NCBI RefSeq assembly: GCF_035594765.1
Contig: NC_085846.1
Span: forward strand, 93,483,190-93,547,189
Length of the DNA: 64,000 nt
Direction of reading: 5' to 3'
From: Anolis carolinensis
Taxonomy: Eukaryota
The position numbers were made by a program, and so were the translations under genes. The notes under the pieces were generated by a model. That model worked only from the letters and a program-made list of their open reading frames with translations. It searched no databases and was not told the origin of the DNA. This document shows positions 41,138 through 55,779 of the stretch, in pieces; the stretch's first letter is position 1; each line of letters opens with the position of its first letter.

Positions 41138-42502
41138 TGAAAATATGTATGTGTGTATGTTTGTTTTCTTCAAAATCTTCCCATGGCGTGATGGATCTAG
41201 ACCAAACTTGGTACACGTACACTTCTTTATCCAACTTAAAATATTGCCATAGTTTAAATTAATAAATCCACCCCTTTTGTTTGTTGCATTATTTTTAAAA
41301 TGAGGCCCATAAACCTCATACCGCTGCGTTCAGATGCAACCACAAGACAGCAGTATATAGATAGAAATGCCACCTTAGAGAGAGAGAGATGACAAATGAA
41401 AGAGGTCTAGAGCATCAGTAGAGAGATATTATAACGAACAAATTCCAGTCAGAAATGTTTGGTCTGATATCCCATTTTGGCTTCTTTTCCCACTTCAACT
41501 CTCCAAAGCTGCTCCTGAAAGTCAACAAACACACAAGAATATCCTAGGACTCAGGTAGAGAACTTCCACTCTGTGAATCAACTCCTACTTGCTACTCTGT
41601 TTCATAGACTCATTGAATCTTACAGTTAGAAAGGCCACAAGAGCTAGATAGTCCAACCTTCAACCATGCAGGAATGCATAGCCAAAACACCATTGAAAGA
41701 TGTCCATCCAACCTCTGTTTAAAGACCTCCAATTATTGATAATCTGCTCCTCCCAGGCACTTTTTTCTTATTTTAAGGATGCTCTGCATAATGCAGAATC
41801 TTTTTTCTTCTAATGTGTATCCATTATGTTGTGTTTTTGTCTTTGGAGCAACAGAGACCTACTGGATTTTTTAAAACCCAAAATAAAATTGTCTGGTCTG
41901 TGGGTATCTGCCAGGGTCAGTGGCAGCTATAAGATTCAACAGCCACTTTCATCCCACTATAGTGAATTTCAATAGACTGCACTCCAACCCTGAAATTAGT
42001 TTGGGTGCTGTAGAGATGCAAGACAATTTGGTCAGATAGTAGTCATGGAACACTAAATCCTTACCTGATAACAGGAAAAAGAACAAGAAGAAATGGAGGA
42101 GGAATAAACATGATTTGGAAGACAGGCAGAGACTAGAGAGTGAAGCTTCCTCACTCCCCCAAAGAAAGCTTGTCTAATGGTTTTCTTGCAGCTACCTAGG
42201 AATTATCTGAAAGAGACAGAAATACTGCATCATAGTAGAACAGAAACCTGGGAAAGCAGGAAACATATTCCTGCTTTCACCTAATTAGGAACAATTTCCG
42301 TTTCGTATGCTGTTCCTGAATCATATTCCAGAGCTTTCTGGAAGGGCTCATGACGCTCAAGATTGGCTTTTGGGGATATGAGGAACTGGAGGAGGGAAGA
42401 GTGCCAAAGCTCATTCATACAAGTAGACTCACGTTTACATAGCATATAACATGTCAGCCCTGCTTTTTGAAAAATCTTTTTTTTTTCCTCTTGTGTTTAT
42501 AG

Positions 42503-42571
42503 GCAGGTCTCGTTGTAAAACTGCTGATGAAATTAAGCAGTCAACTGATGCCTAGTGAAAGAAGTGACTGA
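42503..42571 (+). CDS. KRIT1: KRIT1 last coding exon
   Basis: AGLVVKLLMKLSSQLMPSERSD*; the 16 exons sum to 2211 nt = 736 aa + stop, the same length as human KRIT1. Confidence 0.95.
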   Translation, partial: AGLVVKLLMKLSSQLMPSERSD

Positions 42572-43312
42572 AATGAATGAATAATTGCAGATTCTGTGGT
42601 GTTAAGCAGTTTTATATATACAGTATGTAAAAAAACAATGTCCACATTAATTGTACAGGATGAGATATGTTATCTTATGCAAACATAATGTTATTTGTAA
42701 AGTGTACAGCAATTGTTTTGTTATACATTTTTGAAGTTTTTATTAAAGTCACAAAGACTAATCTGTGTAGAAAAAGTGTACATATAACCAATTGGATAAA
42801 TTAAAATACAGTGAAATGCATGGTAGCTATTAAGCACCACTGGATATAGTGGGTCTTACATTTATGTAAACATGTATAGGATTGGGCCATAAGTTTATTC
42901 TTGTTTCATTTTGTTTATAAAACCTTTGTTCCTAGGCTTCTTAACAAAAGCTCAGTGCCATAAGCTTCATCTGTAATAGTACATGAAAACTATTGCAGTC
43001 TAGCATATGTATGAAATCCACAAAACAATAGCTTCCAAGGAAGGAGTGTCACATTGACCATATTCAACTTCCCTCAGAAGAGGGAAGTGAACAAGCTTCC
43101 TTTGTCATCCATTAGTTGATATTCAGAAAAAAGAAGGGTATACCTTTTATGATACAGATACACATTTACTCAAAATCTTAAAATCTGAGGGCAATGTATT
43201 GCATTTTCCACATATCAGATAAGTACATTTCTAATTTATTCTCATTTTTCTGAAGAACAGCATTTTGTAAAATATTATTTGTATAAGAGTTGATGAAAAG
43301 TATTTTTTTTAA

Positions 43313-43318
43313 AATAAA
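43313..43318 (+). terminator. Likely KRIT1 polyadenylation signal
   Basis: AATAAA followed ~20-50 nt later by a GT/T-rich tract (GTTGTATTTAGTAGTGTTGTACTTTTTTG). Confidence 0.55.
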
Positions 43319-43558
43319 GTTATATTGACTAAGCCATTGTTGTATTTAGTAGTGTTGTACTTTTTTGCTTCTAATATCAGAACTCATTACAAGTATAATG
43401 AGAGGTATAGGAATTCTTCTGATGCTGCCATTTTCTTTTATGTGAATGTCGTAACACAAGATTTATAATAAACTGTCATTATGACCCAAGAAGGGAGATC
43501 ATCTGATATCTCCAATTAAAATAATGTTTCTTATTATAAATAAAACAATACAATTTAT

Positions 43559-44313
43559 TGTTGCACTCCAGGCCTGGAAACTCCTAAGATCACAGCACCA
43601 CATAAGAGTCCAAAATATAGGCAAACAGTTTATTGTAAAATATATCAAAAGTAAAAGCATAGGAAAAATGCAGGAATTGAGAAAGAAAGGGTATATCCAA
43701 AAGGTTTGGCAATAAGCAAAAATCCAATAGAAATCCACATGTCTCAAACAGATTCAAAGGTAATATAGTACAGAAATAGCCAAAAATCACAAGAACAGCT
43801 TAAGTCCACAATCAAAAAGTATCCTTAGTAAAACTTGATCATGAATAAAAAACAGGAACAAAGAAACTCCCAAGATACTTGAATCCCAAAACCAAAAGGC
43901 TTGACTTGAAATATGAACCAGAAACTCAGGCCTAGCTTCATATGCAACTTGTCTGAACTAACTTGAAAGTACACAACATGCCAATTAAAGCCACCCATGA
44001 AAGCATTTCATCTCCCTTGAATCTTTCCCCAACTTTCCCACACAAACGTTATGCCCTGCAATGCCTATTGTCTGCTCTGATCTGTAAACAAAGGCCTGTG
44101 TTGATTTCTGTATCTCCAGGTGTTTTTTCCTGGGAGGCTTCTGTATCACTCAATTCTCTGCTCGACTCCTCCTTATGTAATGTCTCTGGCTGTTCTACCT
44201 GACCTTGAAGGCCTGCACTTTCCCAGCCAGCTTTCTATTGACAGAAGCATCATTCCCTTGACTGAAATCCCACAATCCTCTCTAAAACATCAGTCTCAGG
44301 CTGATCTACAACA
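43559..44313 (-). mobile_element. Solo LTR (755 bp, Gypsy/ERV-type)
   Basis: Termini TGTTG...CAACA, perfect 5-bp TSD TTTAT (43554-43558, 44314-44318), minus-strand AATAAA at 43629-43634. Confidence 0.85.
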
Positions 44314-44927
44314 TTTATGCCTCCATCTTTTTGCTAAAAAAGCACACAAGGGAACTAGAATCCTCTACCAGGTAATATGATGTTCTTGAGTATGCTCTTA
44401 CCACACAAGCAGAAATTAATATACTGTACCTCTGTAAGGGATCTTCTTTAAAAAAAAACCTTGGCAGTAGTATGTCTCAAACATATTGGAATCAGTAGTC
44501 CACATCAACTCAAAGGGTAAGTTTATCTTGTTGAAGACAAAATATAAATAATGCCCTGAATTTATGTAGCAGCCACAAATGTGTAACCTGGAGTTACATG
44601 CTCATTACTTTTCCATATTCATGATGCTTATATAGCTTTTAGTTTAAAAGCTGTATATAGGGACTGTGAAAGTCCCCTAATACGCACTTACTGGGAAGAT
44701 GCTGCTATGATTGATGGGGCTCTGTTCCCATTGTTCAGAAAACATCTGGCTGCTGTTTCCACCCACCCCCTTTCACACAAGCAATCTCCAGCATGAAGGG
44801 AAACCTCGTTCCATTGGTGATCGCTCATGGAAGAGGGTGGAAATGGCAGCAGACATGAGACTTTATAGAAATTACAGAGGGATCTTGAATACGCAAATCA
44901 CAGTGCCTAAATACTGTGCATAACTGC

Positions 44928-44999
<72 letters not shown>
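44928..44999. repeat. Compound (TA)n(GA)n microsatellite
   Basis: Seen directly. Confidence 0.95.
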
Positions 45000-45003
<4 letters not shown>

Positions 45004-46815
45004 CTATTTATCTTTAACATTCTAAAGAATGATATCCGGGATGTGGAGGGCATTTCTACATATCTGGAGTCCCCCTAAACCCCATGGGTCAAAATTAAAA
45101 TTTGCAGTTTTCCCCCCAAAATCTTCACCTTCAAATGTCCCAAATGGCCTCTCTGGATCCAGAAAAGCTCAGAAATATGTCTTTCCGCTCCATAGAGAGC
45201 GCTTCAGGGTAAAAAAAAAGTTTGTTTTTCAGGAATAGGGACAGCCCCCCAAATTCACCTGGAGGATTGATACACCCCTCCCCAGTCTTCCACATTGCCC
45301 ACCTAAGATCAAAGGTGTACCATGCTAGTGGCTGCACTTTCTCTAGCTTTTATACAGCAAAAGTGATGGATAGAAAATTAAAAACTGCCAACTCTGAGCA
45401 CCGTAATTTTCCAGTGTCTTCAAGCATCGAATGCCCAGTGCTTCGCTGAAGGCCCTGCAAGCCAGGACCTGGCTGACCAAACGGCTCTGCCTTTCGTTTC
45501 ACTGTTTCTTTTGTTCCTGTGCAGCTGTACTGTTCCGTGCAATCTGAATGGACAAACGATACAAAACCACGAAAGAAACAGATGAAACAGGATTCGGGCC
45601 CAATCCCAGTAAACAACCAGCACTATGTTAAAACTATTGTCTCCCATCCCAGACAGGTATGGAGAAACTTTCCAGTTCCAAGCTGCTGAATCTTCATGAC
45701 TGAGCATGCATGCCACCACTGTCATATACAATAAACAATATAAAGATTAAGAAATTATCTTGATTATATGACAACAAAAACAGTCACCACATTATTAATT
45801 TGTGCAAGTGATGAAATGAATAAGCAACAGATAACCACCGTTTCTCATTATTTCTGCAACTGTGTACTTGTTTCCCAACAAGCCAGGCACTCAGTCAAAG
45901 AGAAAATCAGAAAAGTAACATGGAATTACGACAAATCTGTTCATATCTGGGATGATTGTATCAACTGATAATGGCATCTCAGTTAGCTGCATCGGGAGAA
46001 ATTGTGTCTATCAAGATAATTATCACTGTAATGCAAAACAAATGAGTAATAACTGATAAAAGAAATCTTGTAGGGCAAACTCACAAGTTGAGCGAGTACA
46101 ATCAAATATCTGTCATATCTCTAAGCAGAAGTAAAAACCAAGTTACTTGATGTGAAGAGTGAAATGAGCCATTTAAAACTGTTATGGAATGGAACTTGCA
46201 TTTGAATTGTAGTGGCAGTTGGGAATTCTGTTAAGCAAGATTAATTCGAGAGGAGTGTTAGAACAAGCTTTTTATACAACAATTTAAAACAAAGATCCTC
46301 AGAGAGCAAGAAACTCTAAAACTACAATCCGACATTTATGTGAGTAGGCATCATTCATCTCATATATAAATGAACGTAAAATTGCATTGTAAAGCTGAAA
46401 TCCTAAATGCCATTACTAAGGCCTAGGCTTTGCCAGACATTGTACATCTGTGTAAAAGTCTATGCTGCTGTTACATTTTCTAGGCAGGTATCTTGCTGCA
46501 GAATCTAGGCTTACAAACAAGGTATTGAAACAATATAGTAATAATCCAAAGAAATAATAAGATTTTAAAATATTTGCATTCTAGCCCCCCAAACATGTAC
46601 TGTGTTGGCTATTTTTTAAACATAATCTCAGCAGCTTTGGAGTGTAAATATTTAACTTTTGCATTACCATTTCACTAACTGTATTAGATGGGAGTTTCTT
46701 TATAATGAACACATTGTAGACTGTTTCACATACTTGTTTTTGTTTTTTTGTTTTGTTTTTCATTTTTTACTATCGAAGATTGGAACAAGCTTATGACTGA
46801 AATTTTATTTTGGAA

Positions 46816-48768
46816 ATGTCTGGTGAAAAAGAAGAAGAACAGACCGCTGATATAAATTTAGAAGGAATTATTGAAGCCTCTCCAGATGAAATTCCTGAGC
46901 CAAATGCAACATCAGATATGGAACAATCACAATTACCTACTGACATGACGGAGATTTCATCAACAACCAGTTTGCATAAAGAAAAATCAGGTGCTTCACA
47001 GGAAAAGCTGTCAGAAAGCTTTTTGGGGGCTTCTCAAAGAGATCCAGAAAAGGAAGCCTTACGTTCTGCAGAAAAACTAGAAAGCATTAAGAAGATATCA
47101 GAAATTTTGATGTCTGAAGCCAAAGATACAGAAATTATTGCTTACCTGTATGCTGAAGGATACACTGATCTTCCTCATGATTTTTTGGAAGGGCAAACTA
47201 GAAAAAAATTATTACATTCTATAGAGAGTGCTACAACACCCCAAAAGATATCCGCAGATATGCTGCCTGAAATGATGCTTGATGACTTCACAATTCAATT
47301 AAATGCAAAAGGACTACTTGAAATTCCTACAGGGGTATTGGACATGAAAATGTTAAATTACTTATACTTAAACAATAATGAAATCAAAATTATACCAAAA
47401 GAGATAAGGCAGTTGACAGGTCTAGAAATACTATCCATAGAAAGAAATCGGTTAACATCATTACCTCCTGAAATAGGCTTACTTCAAAATCTTAGAACTT
47501 TAAACCTCCGACATAACCAATTGACAGGGCTCCCAGACGAATTTTCACAACTTTCAGAACTTAAATACCTTCTGTTCAGTCACAACAACATAGAAAAATT
47601 TCCATCTGCTTTAACAACACTGAGAAGTCTGGAAGTTTTAGATCTCAGTGGAAATAAAGTGACTCTGATAGAGAATTTGACTGAAATGAAAAAGCTGAAT
47701 ATCTTGTATTTAAATGAGAATAAGATGAAAATATTCCCAAAAGCTCTCTGTTACCTTCCAAATATAAGTAAGCTCAACTTGTCAGAAAACCTGATCCAAA
47801 GTCTGCCAAAAGAAATTGAAGAACTAAAAACATTAAAAGAACTTTCACTAAGCAACAACAGGCTGATATTTCTGCCTATACAGCTTTTTCAGCTTATACA
47901 GTTAGAAAAAATGAGACTAGATTGTAACCAGTTAGAAAGCCTATCAGATAAAGTAGAGAACCTACAAAAGCTTCAGGATCTCAATCTTTCCAAAAATTTA
48001 TTTCAAAACATTACTGATAATATTTCCAAATGCACTATGCTGGAACGTCTCAACCTCAGTGACAACCAATTTAAAAAACTTCCCAACAATCTGTACCAAC
48101 TAAAATATTTAAAGGAACTCCACCTAAACAGAAATCAACTGATCTTGTTAGATGAACACATTGCATTCAACAAAGAGCTGTCCGTCTTAGAGGTTTCAGA
48201 GAATGCTTTAATGTACATCCCTGTTGAAATAAAAAACTGTACAGAAATCATTAAGATTGACTTAAGTTGCAACAAATTGGCCCTATTTCCAATGGGATTG
48301 TGTGCACTGGTAGCTCTTAGACATCTAAATCTCAGTGGAAATTATATTTCAGAAATAACTACTGAAATTTCATTCATCAAATACTTACAATATTTAAATT
48401 TAAGCAAGAACAAACTGCCTTCTTTTTCCATACATTTGTGCACTCTTTCAAGATTAAACTACTTAGACCTAAGTTACAACCAAATCAGCAGTATTCCAAC
48501 CAATGTGCAAAAAATGAAGTCTCTTCGAACTCTGCTCTTACACCACAGCAAATTTATTTTGTTTCCCAGAGAGTTATGTGCTCTAAATCAACTTAAGGTA
48601 CTTGATCTTTCTGAAAACAAGATACAGTTCATTCCCTCTGATATTAAGGATCTGGAAGAACTAAAAGAATTAAATCTGTCAAACAACAATTTTGCATCTT
48701 TTCCAGTTGAAATCTGCCAAATTTTATCACTGCAGAAATTAACAATATGCCAGAAAAATGGACTCAAG
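46816..48768 (+). CDS. LRRD1: LRRD1 large first coding exon (acidic N-terminus + long leucine-rich repeat array)
   Basis: ATG 46816 after acceptor at 46777-46778; more than 20 LxxLxLxxNxL repeats; donor AAG|GTAACA at 48769; position between KRIT1 and CYP51A1 as in mammals. Confidence 0.9.
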
Positions 48769-49750
48769 GTAACATGTTACTTAATATTTAGATATCCATG
48801 TCATACATACCATAACTTAAGGTCTATTGGGACTCATGAAATGGAATGCTCTGCCAGTAAAATTCTATGGGATTATATAGATGATGGAGATACCCAGCTC
48901 AGGAAGGGTGGGAGACACTGCTTTAACATCCAATTAGAATCATAGAATTGGAAGAGACACAAAGGCAATCCTGCCCGACCCTCAGCCATGCAGGAGCACG
49001 CAAAGCACTCCTGACAGATGGTCATTCCGCCTCTGTTTTAAAACTTCCAGAAAAGATTTTCAAGCAGAGCTATGCATGCTTGATATACTGCAGGCTGCTA
49101 TGCTATCAGAGAACTGCATAAAGCACATACAAGTGCACCTGGCAGTTATGATAATAAAACCAACAACAGTATTCCACAAACTGTTAATGCAGGCATAAAT
49201 AAACCTTACATCTGCATATGTCTATTTTTGTTTGCTGCAATGATTGCCATTCTCTTCTTCCTGCTCCAGCAATTAAAGCCTGAATGTCCTGGAAGATGTT
49301 CTTTCCTTAGTTGGTAAAGAGCAAGAGGATGTAGAAGCATCTGTGTCTCTGTTCAAACCAGATGATGTAATAATCTGGCAATAGCCAGATACTTCTGCAG
49401 TCCCTCCTTCTTCACTGGCTATGCATTGCCCATGCTCACTTGCTGCCTTCAGATGCAATGGAAAGTTTTGCCATACCAGTGACATTCTTGAGGAAAACAT
49501 TGTTTGCCTATATAGCCAGCTATTATTTCCGAAATTGGATGGAACACTAACTTCTTCTCTATCTGAGACAGCAAAACGTTTTGGGCAATGGTTTGATTGA
49601 CTTATTTGATGGCATAGATGGTTTATCTTGCAATTCCATTCTTCATACATACTACAGATCCAGATCCAACTGGGTTTTTGGTCTTGATATAAGTGACTTC
49701 TCCGTATAAATATTTAATGTTGTAACTATTTTGCCCTTTTGTATCCTCAG

Positions 49751-49949
49751 TTAAAATCACTTCCAGAAGAGATATCAAAATTGCTGGTCCTCAAAGAACT
49801 AGATATATCTTATAACGAATTACAAGAAATGCCAAAAAGTATAGGGGAAATCAAAACTTTGGTCACTTTAATAGCAAACAACAATTTCTTTAAAAAGCTT
49901 CCCTCGAGCTTTTCATCACTCCGTAATTTACAGCACCTGAATCTCAAAG
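49751..49949 (+). CDS. LRRD1: LRRD1 coding exon 2 (LRRs)
   Basis: LKSLPEEISKLLVLKELDISYNELQEMP...LQHLNLK; AG/GTAAGT; 199 nt. Confidence 0.9.
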
Positions 49950-50234
49950 GTAAGTGGTATGCGAAATATCACAGGGAAATTCAGACCTAAAAGTAATACA
50001 TATCTGATACAGTGGTTGTGCAGAATTAAATATCAACAAGTAGTAAATAAACAAAAGATTTTTGCATTTGGAATAGAAAGCAGCATCCAGTTGCATATTC
50101 TACCCATTCAGATCCCTACTTGGCACTGTATTTGGTGTATATGAGTGCATCCAGAAGAAGATAGTGTTCCACTGCTGTAATGTTTCCTAGATTAAAGTCA
50201 ATTAACATAGAGATGTAGAGAAGACAGAGGGGTT

Positions 50235-50460
50235 GGTTAAGGTTTATTACCTGTAACTGTGTTTCTTCAAGCGGTCATCTTCTTGGCAGGGGGTTGGACT
50301 GGATGGCCCATGAGGTCTCTTCCAACTCTATGATTCTATTACATTCATGAGTTTCTCTGTACCTGCACAGAAAACCTTTGGAAACTTCCAGAGCTAGATC
50401 TTTCTGGCTGAATTCACAGATAACCACTCAAAGAACCATAGTTCTAGGTAAGCAACTTGT
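50235..50460. mobile_element. DIRS-like inverted-terminus remnant with a ~60-bp CR1 3' tail inserted (50281-50339)
   Basis: TTACCTGTAACTG...TTCTTCAAGCGGTCATCT and AGATAACCACTCAAAGAAC...AGTTCTAGGTAAG are inverted relatives; the insert matches the CR1 3' UTR. Confidence 0.5.
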
Positions 50461-51760
50461 TTTCCCTTTTTTAATGGTCTTTGGGATCTGATATTTGTCG
50501 AGGAAAGATTCAAAGCCTTGATCTCATCAAATAGCTCAAGAAAGCTACATCTTTTCTTAAATAGACCAGTTTATGGCATCAACAAGTCCCCTGTCCTGCA
50601 AGTCCTCTGATGGCTAGAGTTTCCATGTGAACTCCACTGGCCTATGTTCCAGTCAACCAAAATGGAAACTGATGGAAGAACTGAAACAGACGGTACCCTC
50701 AGATTGACAGTATTAGGTGCCATCAGTGCATCTGACTCTTTTCAACAAGACAAAATGGGCAGGCTTGGACCTTTTCTGACAAGATGACAGATCACCTAGA
50801 AAAAAAAAAACATCAGTAGACTTGGATTTCTTTTTAGAAATCAAAGAATCACCAGAAGTCTGGGAGCACCAAAGAGTTCAGAGGGAGCCTGCATGGATTT
50901 GAACAGTGCCAGTGATTTTGAAAGGAGCCAGGCTGAATTCAAAGCTGATAGTACTGAGGTTCCCTGATGAGTGAGGAAAGTTTTGGCGATACTAACATCA
51001 TCCAGTACAGTACAATAGGTGGCAAAACTGATAGTACTGAAGCAAGTGCAGAAATGTCCATAGAGGCCATGAAAAGTGGCCAGTTTTAGATTGCGAGATC
51101 AACTGTATTAATAGCTAGCTGATTCTCAGAGTAGGACTTTATAACACAAAGCTATGGTCTGAAGGGTCTGGTGGGGAAAGGCTTGAAAATTAGAGTTTTT
51201 ATCCATAAACGTGTGCCTCCTCCAAGCAAAGTAGGCACTTAGCATGGCTCCCCATCTATAGATCTTCTCTACATAGAAGACAATATCTTAAAAGTATGAT
51301 GTTGATGCCATAAACCAGAGAAGCCTCAAGTAAAGAATAAGTAAAAAAAAAAAAGAGTAATAGATGTACAAGGTTCCCTACAATGCATCTACATTGAGAA
51401 GAAAGTGAATTAGATGGTTTGAGCAGGAAATGTATTGGGGATATGTGGTATAGGGGACCTTCAGCCAAAGAGATCCAGTTCTAAAAGATTCTGAAATTAA
51501 TCTGTGGAAATGAAGAGAATCCCATGTGTGAGTCACAGAGATGACAAAGAACAATGACTTCAAAGAGAAAATACTCACTTCAAATATGTGCAAATTTTCA
51601 TGTTATCTGCATTTTAAATGTATTTTATATTACTTATATACAGTTTTTAATTGCTTCCTCAAGAAAAATCCCTTTCACAGAAGCATCAATGGTTCTGATA
51701 ATCAGTAGAAATAAGATTAAATTGTGTATTTGTGACCAGCAATGTTTCAGTTTAATGTAA

Positions 51761-51982
<222 letters not shown>

Positions 51983-52512
51983 TAATTATCTCACAAAGTT
52001 GACTATCGAACATTCCAAACATAATTTTAAAAAACCTATAATGCATTAATGTCACCCAAATTTTTAAGAGTTGAGAAGCTTTCTTCATGCACCTCATTCT
52101 TGTTCTTTGATGGATCAGTTCTTACCATATTTACATTATCTTCTTTCACATACCTCAAATACTAAATGCTGCTTTGTTTGACCATCTGAAGTCTTCTAAT
52201 AGTAAGTATGTAGTAGACTAGATTGTTGTAAACAATGTGATACCAGTAATTGTTAGCTACTATCTACACATTTTTAGCTACACCAGCATTATACTATCTA
52301 GTTTTCTATCCAGTGCTTTGATGAAAGAATACAACTTGGCTAAGATCTATTTTGATCTGTTTTTCTACCAGTGGAAGTTATCTAAAGATTTCTGCTGAAG
52401 TTACCACCAGTCCTTAAAAGAACAGTGCCCTTTAGTATTGTATTTAGACTGAGCTCAATATCGTGATATACTAAATTGCAGCTCTGTAACACAATCAATA
52501 TGTTTATTCTAG

Positions 52513-52633
52513 AAAAGATCTTGGAGAAAGTATTGAAGACAATTGCTAACAATGTCCCCTTTGAACATTTTGAGTTTTTTTGTGAAAAGCTGCAGCTCCC
52601 GAGTTCTACCATCAAATCTATTGAAAACAACAA
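52513..52633 (+). CDS. LRRD1: LRRD1 coding exon 4 (death domain start)
   Basis: EKILEKVLKTIANNVPFEHFEFFCEKLQLPSSTIKSIENNK; 121 nt. Confidence 0.88.
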
Positions 52634-52778
52634 GTTAGTATATAATGTATTTTTCCTTAGAAGTGTTGCATTTTCTTTTAATTCAACACCTTACTAGATA
52701 TTTTGTGGTTTCACAGATTTATAGTTTAATTTATCTGGAGTTGGACAGTAATTTTCCTCTGTATACTTCTGTTATTAG

Positions 52779-52959
52779 GGGTCTTTCTTTAGAAGAGATG
52801 GTGACTGAGGCATTGAAGCAATGGAAAACTGCACACCCAGAACTGACTTTTGAGGACAAAACAGTCCAGTTGATTAGAATACTCACAATGGCTGGACTGT
52901 ATGACTTGACCAACAGAATCAAAGCTATAAGACTTTGTTCAAGAATTGTGAAGTTCTGA
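52779..52959 (+). CDS. LRRD1: LRRD1 last coding exon (death domain)
   Basis: GLSLEEMVTEALKQWKTAHPELTFEDKTVQLIRILTMAGLYDLTNRIKAIRLCSRIVKF*; the exons total 2616 nt = 871 aa + stop. Confidence 0.88.
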
Positions 52960-54489
52960 AAAGTAAATAACTTCAAGAATTTTTCTTAGGGGGGGAGAGG
53001 AGTGCATGCAAGCAAGATGTGTAAAGTTAATGTATCAGAACTTAATATGTGTTACTTAACATACCATAAATGCTTTCCTTTTTAAAAAAGCAGGCTGTGA
53101 TTTCTAACCAAGCCTTTTTTATAAATTCAGCCTTCAGCCTGAAAATGTATAATTGAGAAAACTGAGTGGAGCTACATAAAGATTTTTAGCTGATTCTATT
53201 GGGCAATTCCTAGGACCCAGGTATCATTTTAAGTATCTAGTACAACCCCTTTTAAGACACATAGTATTTGTTTTGTTTTCCCTTTCTTTATATGATTTAT
53301 GCACAATAAAAATTCCAATCCCTTCTTCATGCATATTGTCCCATTATTTATATAGATAGCCAGAAAAAGCAGTCTGGCAGGGGTGGATGAAATATTTTTT
53401 TCATATATCTTCAGCCTGTATATCTTAATAACAAGAGCACAATCTCTAATAGTTCCTGAAATCACTTTTAGTGCATTGTCTGTTCCACTCGCTTTGTTAC
53501 CTAGATACAAAGGACTCTGGACAGCATCATTCTAATGAAAGGCCTAGTCAGCAACTCACTGTTCAGAATATGTTGTTCTCCTTAACACTGTTTCTCTGAT
53601 AATTTCCAGCAAATGTAAACAAACCTGAATAATGTGACCTAGGAAAACAGAAATGGGCGTTGAAGTGTGCCTCCAAGTCACTTCTAACCTATGGCAATCT
53701 TAAGAGAGGCTTTCCTGGCAAGATTTGTTCAGAAGAGGGTTGCTATTCCCCTCCTCTTAGGCTGAGATTGAGACTTGCCCAAGGTCACCATGAGTTTCAT
53801 GGCTGAGCAGATTGTGGTCTCCAGATTCATAGCTCAATGGTCAAACCACTACACCATACTGGTTCTCCTAATCGTCCATATATATAATCAAACATGGTCT
53901 GAATTTAACATATTCCCCTCAAGTTAATAGAAGTGGAGACTAGGCTGTGTTCTTTTGGACTTGTAGAGTCAAGTAAAATACATTCCTTTCAATCCTCTTA
54001 AAACTGATTGGAACAAAATATTTTAGTGGATATGGGGCCTTTTGAGGAATGATGCACTAGATCATTTCTAAAAGTCGCAATCCCATGAATTTCATTGGAT
54101 TTCCTTAGGCTAGGACATGGTTTTGCCAATTCCTTCCTCTGAAATATAACCTGGAGCAAGGCTTTTAAAACTTTTTTTCATTTGTGACACTTTCAACCTG
54201 AGAAATATTTATTTAGCCCCAGATATATAGGTATATAAAATAGGTATAAAAATCAAGTATTCACTGATAACAAATCAGCATTTGCAAGCCTTGCTAAACA
54301 GACCGATTTTCCTTTTTATGAAGTACAACTAAAGCATTTTCTGCAGAGTCCACTGTAATCATGACAGGTTTTTGCTAACAGATTGGTGAAAATGGGTTTG
54401 ATTGGATTCCCCATGACCTGATCTGGCAAGCACTACGGTCACATGGAATACCAGAAGACTATGTAACATGGATAAAACTACTATACAAT

Positions 54490-54860
54490 AATTTATTTTA
54501 TTTATCATATTTGTATCTCGCCCATCTCAACCCTGAGGGGAACTCAGAGAGGCTTCACATATCAGCAACAATTTGATGCCTTAAAACATACAATTGGTAA
54601 AAACACATTAAAACAAAGAATTAAAACAAATAATAAGTTACAACAATGCTTAAAATCACATCATCCAAAGTTGTAGTCCAGAGACATTTCAAATTATCAT
54701 TGCATGAATTCATTGTTCATTTATTGTACTGCAGTTATTCTCCAAAAGATTGGTACCATAACCATGTTTTAACTTTCTCCCTGAAGGCTAAATGGGAAGG
54801 GACTGATCAAATGTTATTGGGGAGGGAGTTCCATAGCTGAGGGGCCACCACTGAGAACAA
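54490..54860 (-). mobile_element. L2 3' fragment
   Basis: (TAAA)n tail and GGGAGGGAGTTCCATAGCTGAGGGGCCACCACTGAGAA, homologous to the L2 at ~10450-10500. Confidence 0.65.
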
Positions 54861-54879
54861 CAAGTAATAACAAGTATGG

Positions 54880-55750
54880 TCCGCTGCTTTGCAAGGATTT
54901 CGAAATCACTGTTGGCATGCATCAGGGATTGGCACTCTCACCATTACTAGTTATACTCTGCATGGACACTGCTACAGCAAATTTGCAGACTATGCATCCC
55001 TGGACACTCCTATATGAAGTTGACATAGCACTCGGCCACCAAAAACGTGCAGCCCTCCCAGCAACAGCTGCAGACAAGTAGTGATAGACTCAGTGAAAAC
55101 GGACTTCAACTGCACATACCCAAAACAAAGTATCTGGAATGTGGTATTCAAACTGGAAAAACAATTCCAATGAATGGACAAGCGCTAAAGAAGCTAAACA
55201 CCTTGGGTCACTGGTCTCTGTAGATGACGACGCAATGCCAGACGTAGTCACGAATAAATGCAACCTGGTTGAAATGGCAGCAAACGACTGGCATTCTGTA
55301 TGATTCTAAAATGCTTGAACAACTCAAGGCTACGATCTACACTACAGTTGTTCACCCAGTAGCCCTCTATGGGGCAGAGTGCTGGCCAGCAACAAAGAAA
55401 TATGACCAAACCCTTCACATAATGGAAATGAAAATGGTCAGATGGACACTTGGTTTGATACTTCTTTACCATGTGCCAAATGATGACATCTGTCAAAGAC
55501 TGGGAATAAAAGTGATCAGCAAGATAATGAAGGAAGCAAGACCGTGGTGGTAAGGCCATGTCATGAGACAAGAACCAACATCAGCAGCTCAAACAGCATT
55601 ACATTTGGAGATTGCAGGACGACGACCACGTAGATGACCAAAGAAAAGATGGATGGACATCATTAACAAAGACATGAGAGCTGCCGACCTGAGACCAGGG
55701 AATGGCCAAAACAAAGCCCCGTGGAAACGACAGTCACAATGCTACCCCTC
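54880..55750 (+). mobile_element. Degraded RTE-clade LINE fragment
   Basis: ORF 55269..55553 (IYTTVVHPVALYGAECWPATKK...MEMKMVRW) is the RTE post-RT signature; degenerate LLYADD at ~55007; stops present. Confidence 0.75.
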
Positions 55751-55779
55751 TAAATACTTTAGAAAGAATTGGTGAAAAT

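Noticed and set aside
48769-48945. C-terminal 58 aa of the 711-aa LRR ORF
   Set aside because: Intronic read-through past the AAG|GTAACA donor; the LRR pattern resumes in the exon at 49751.
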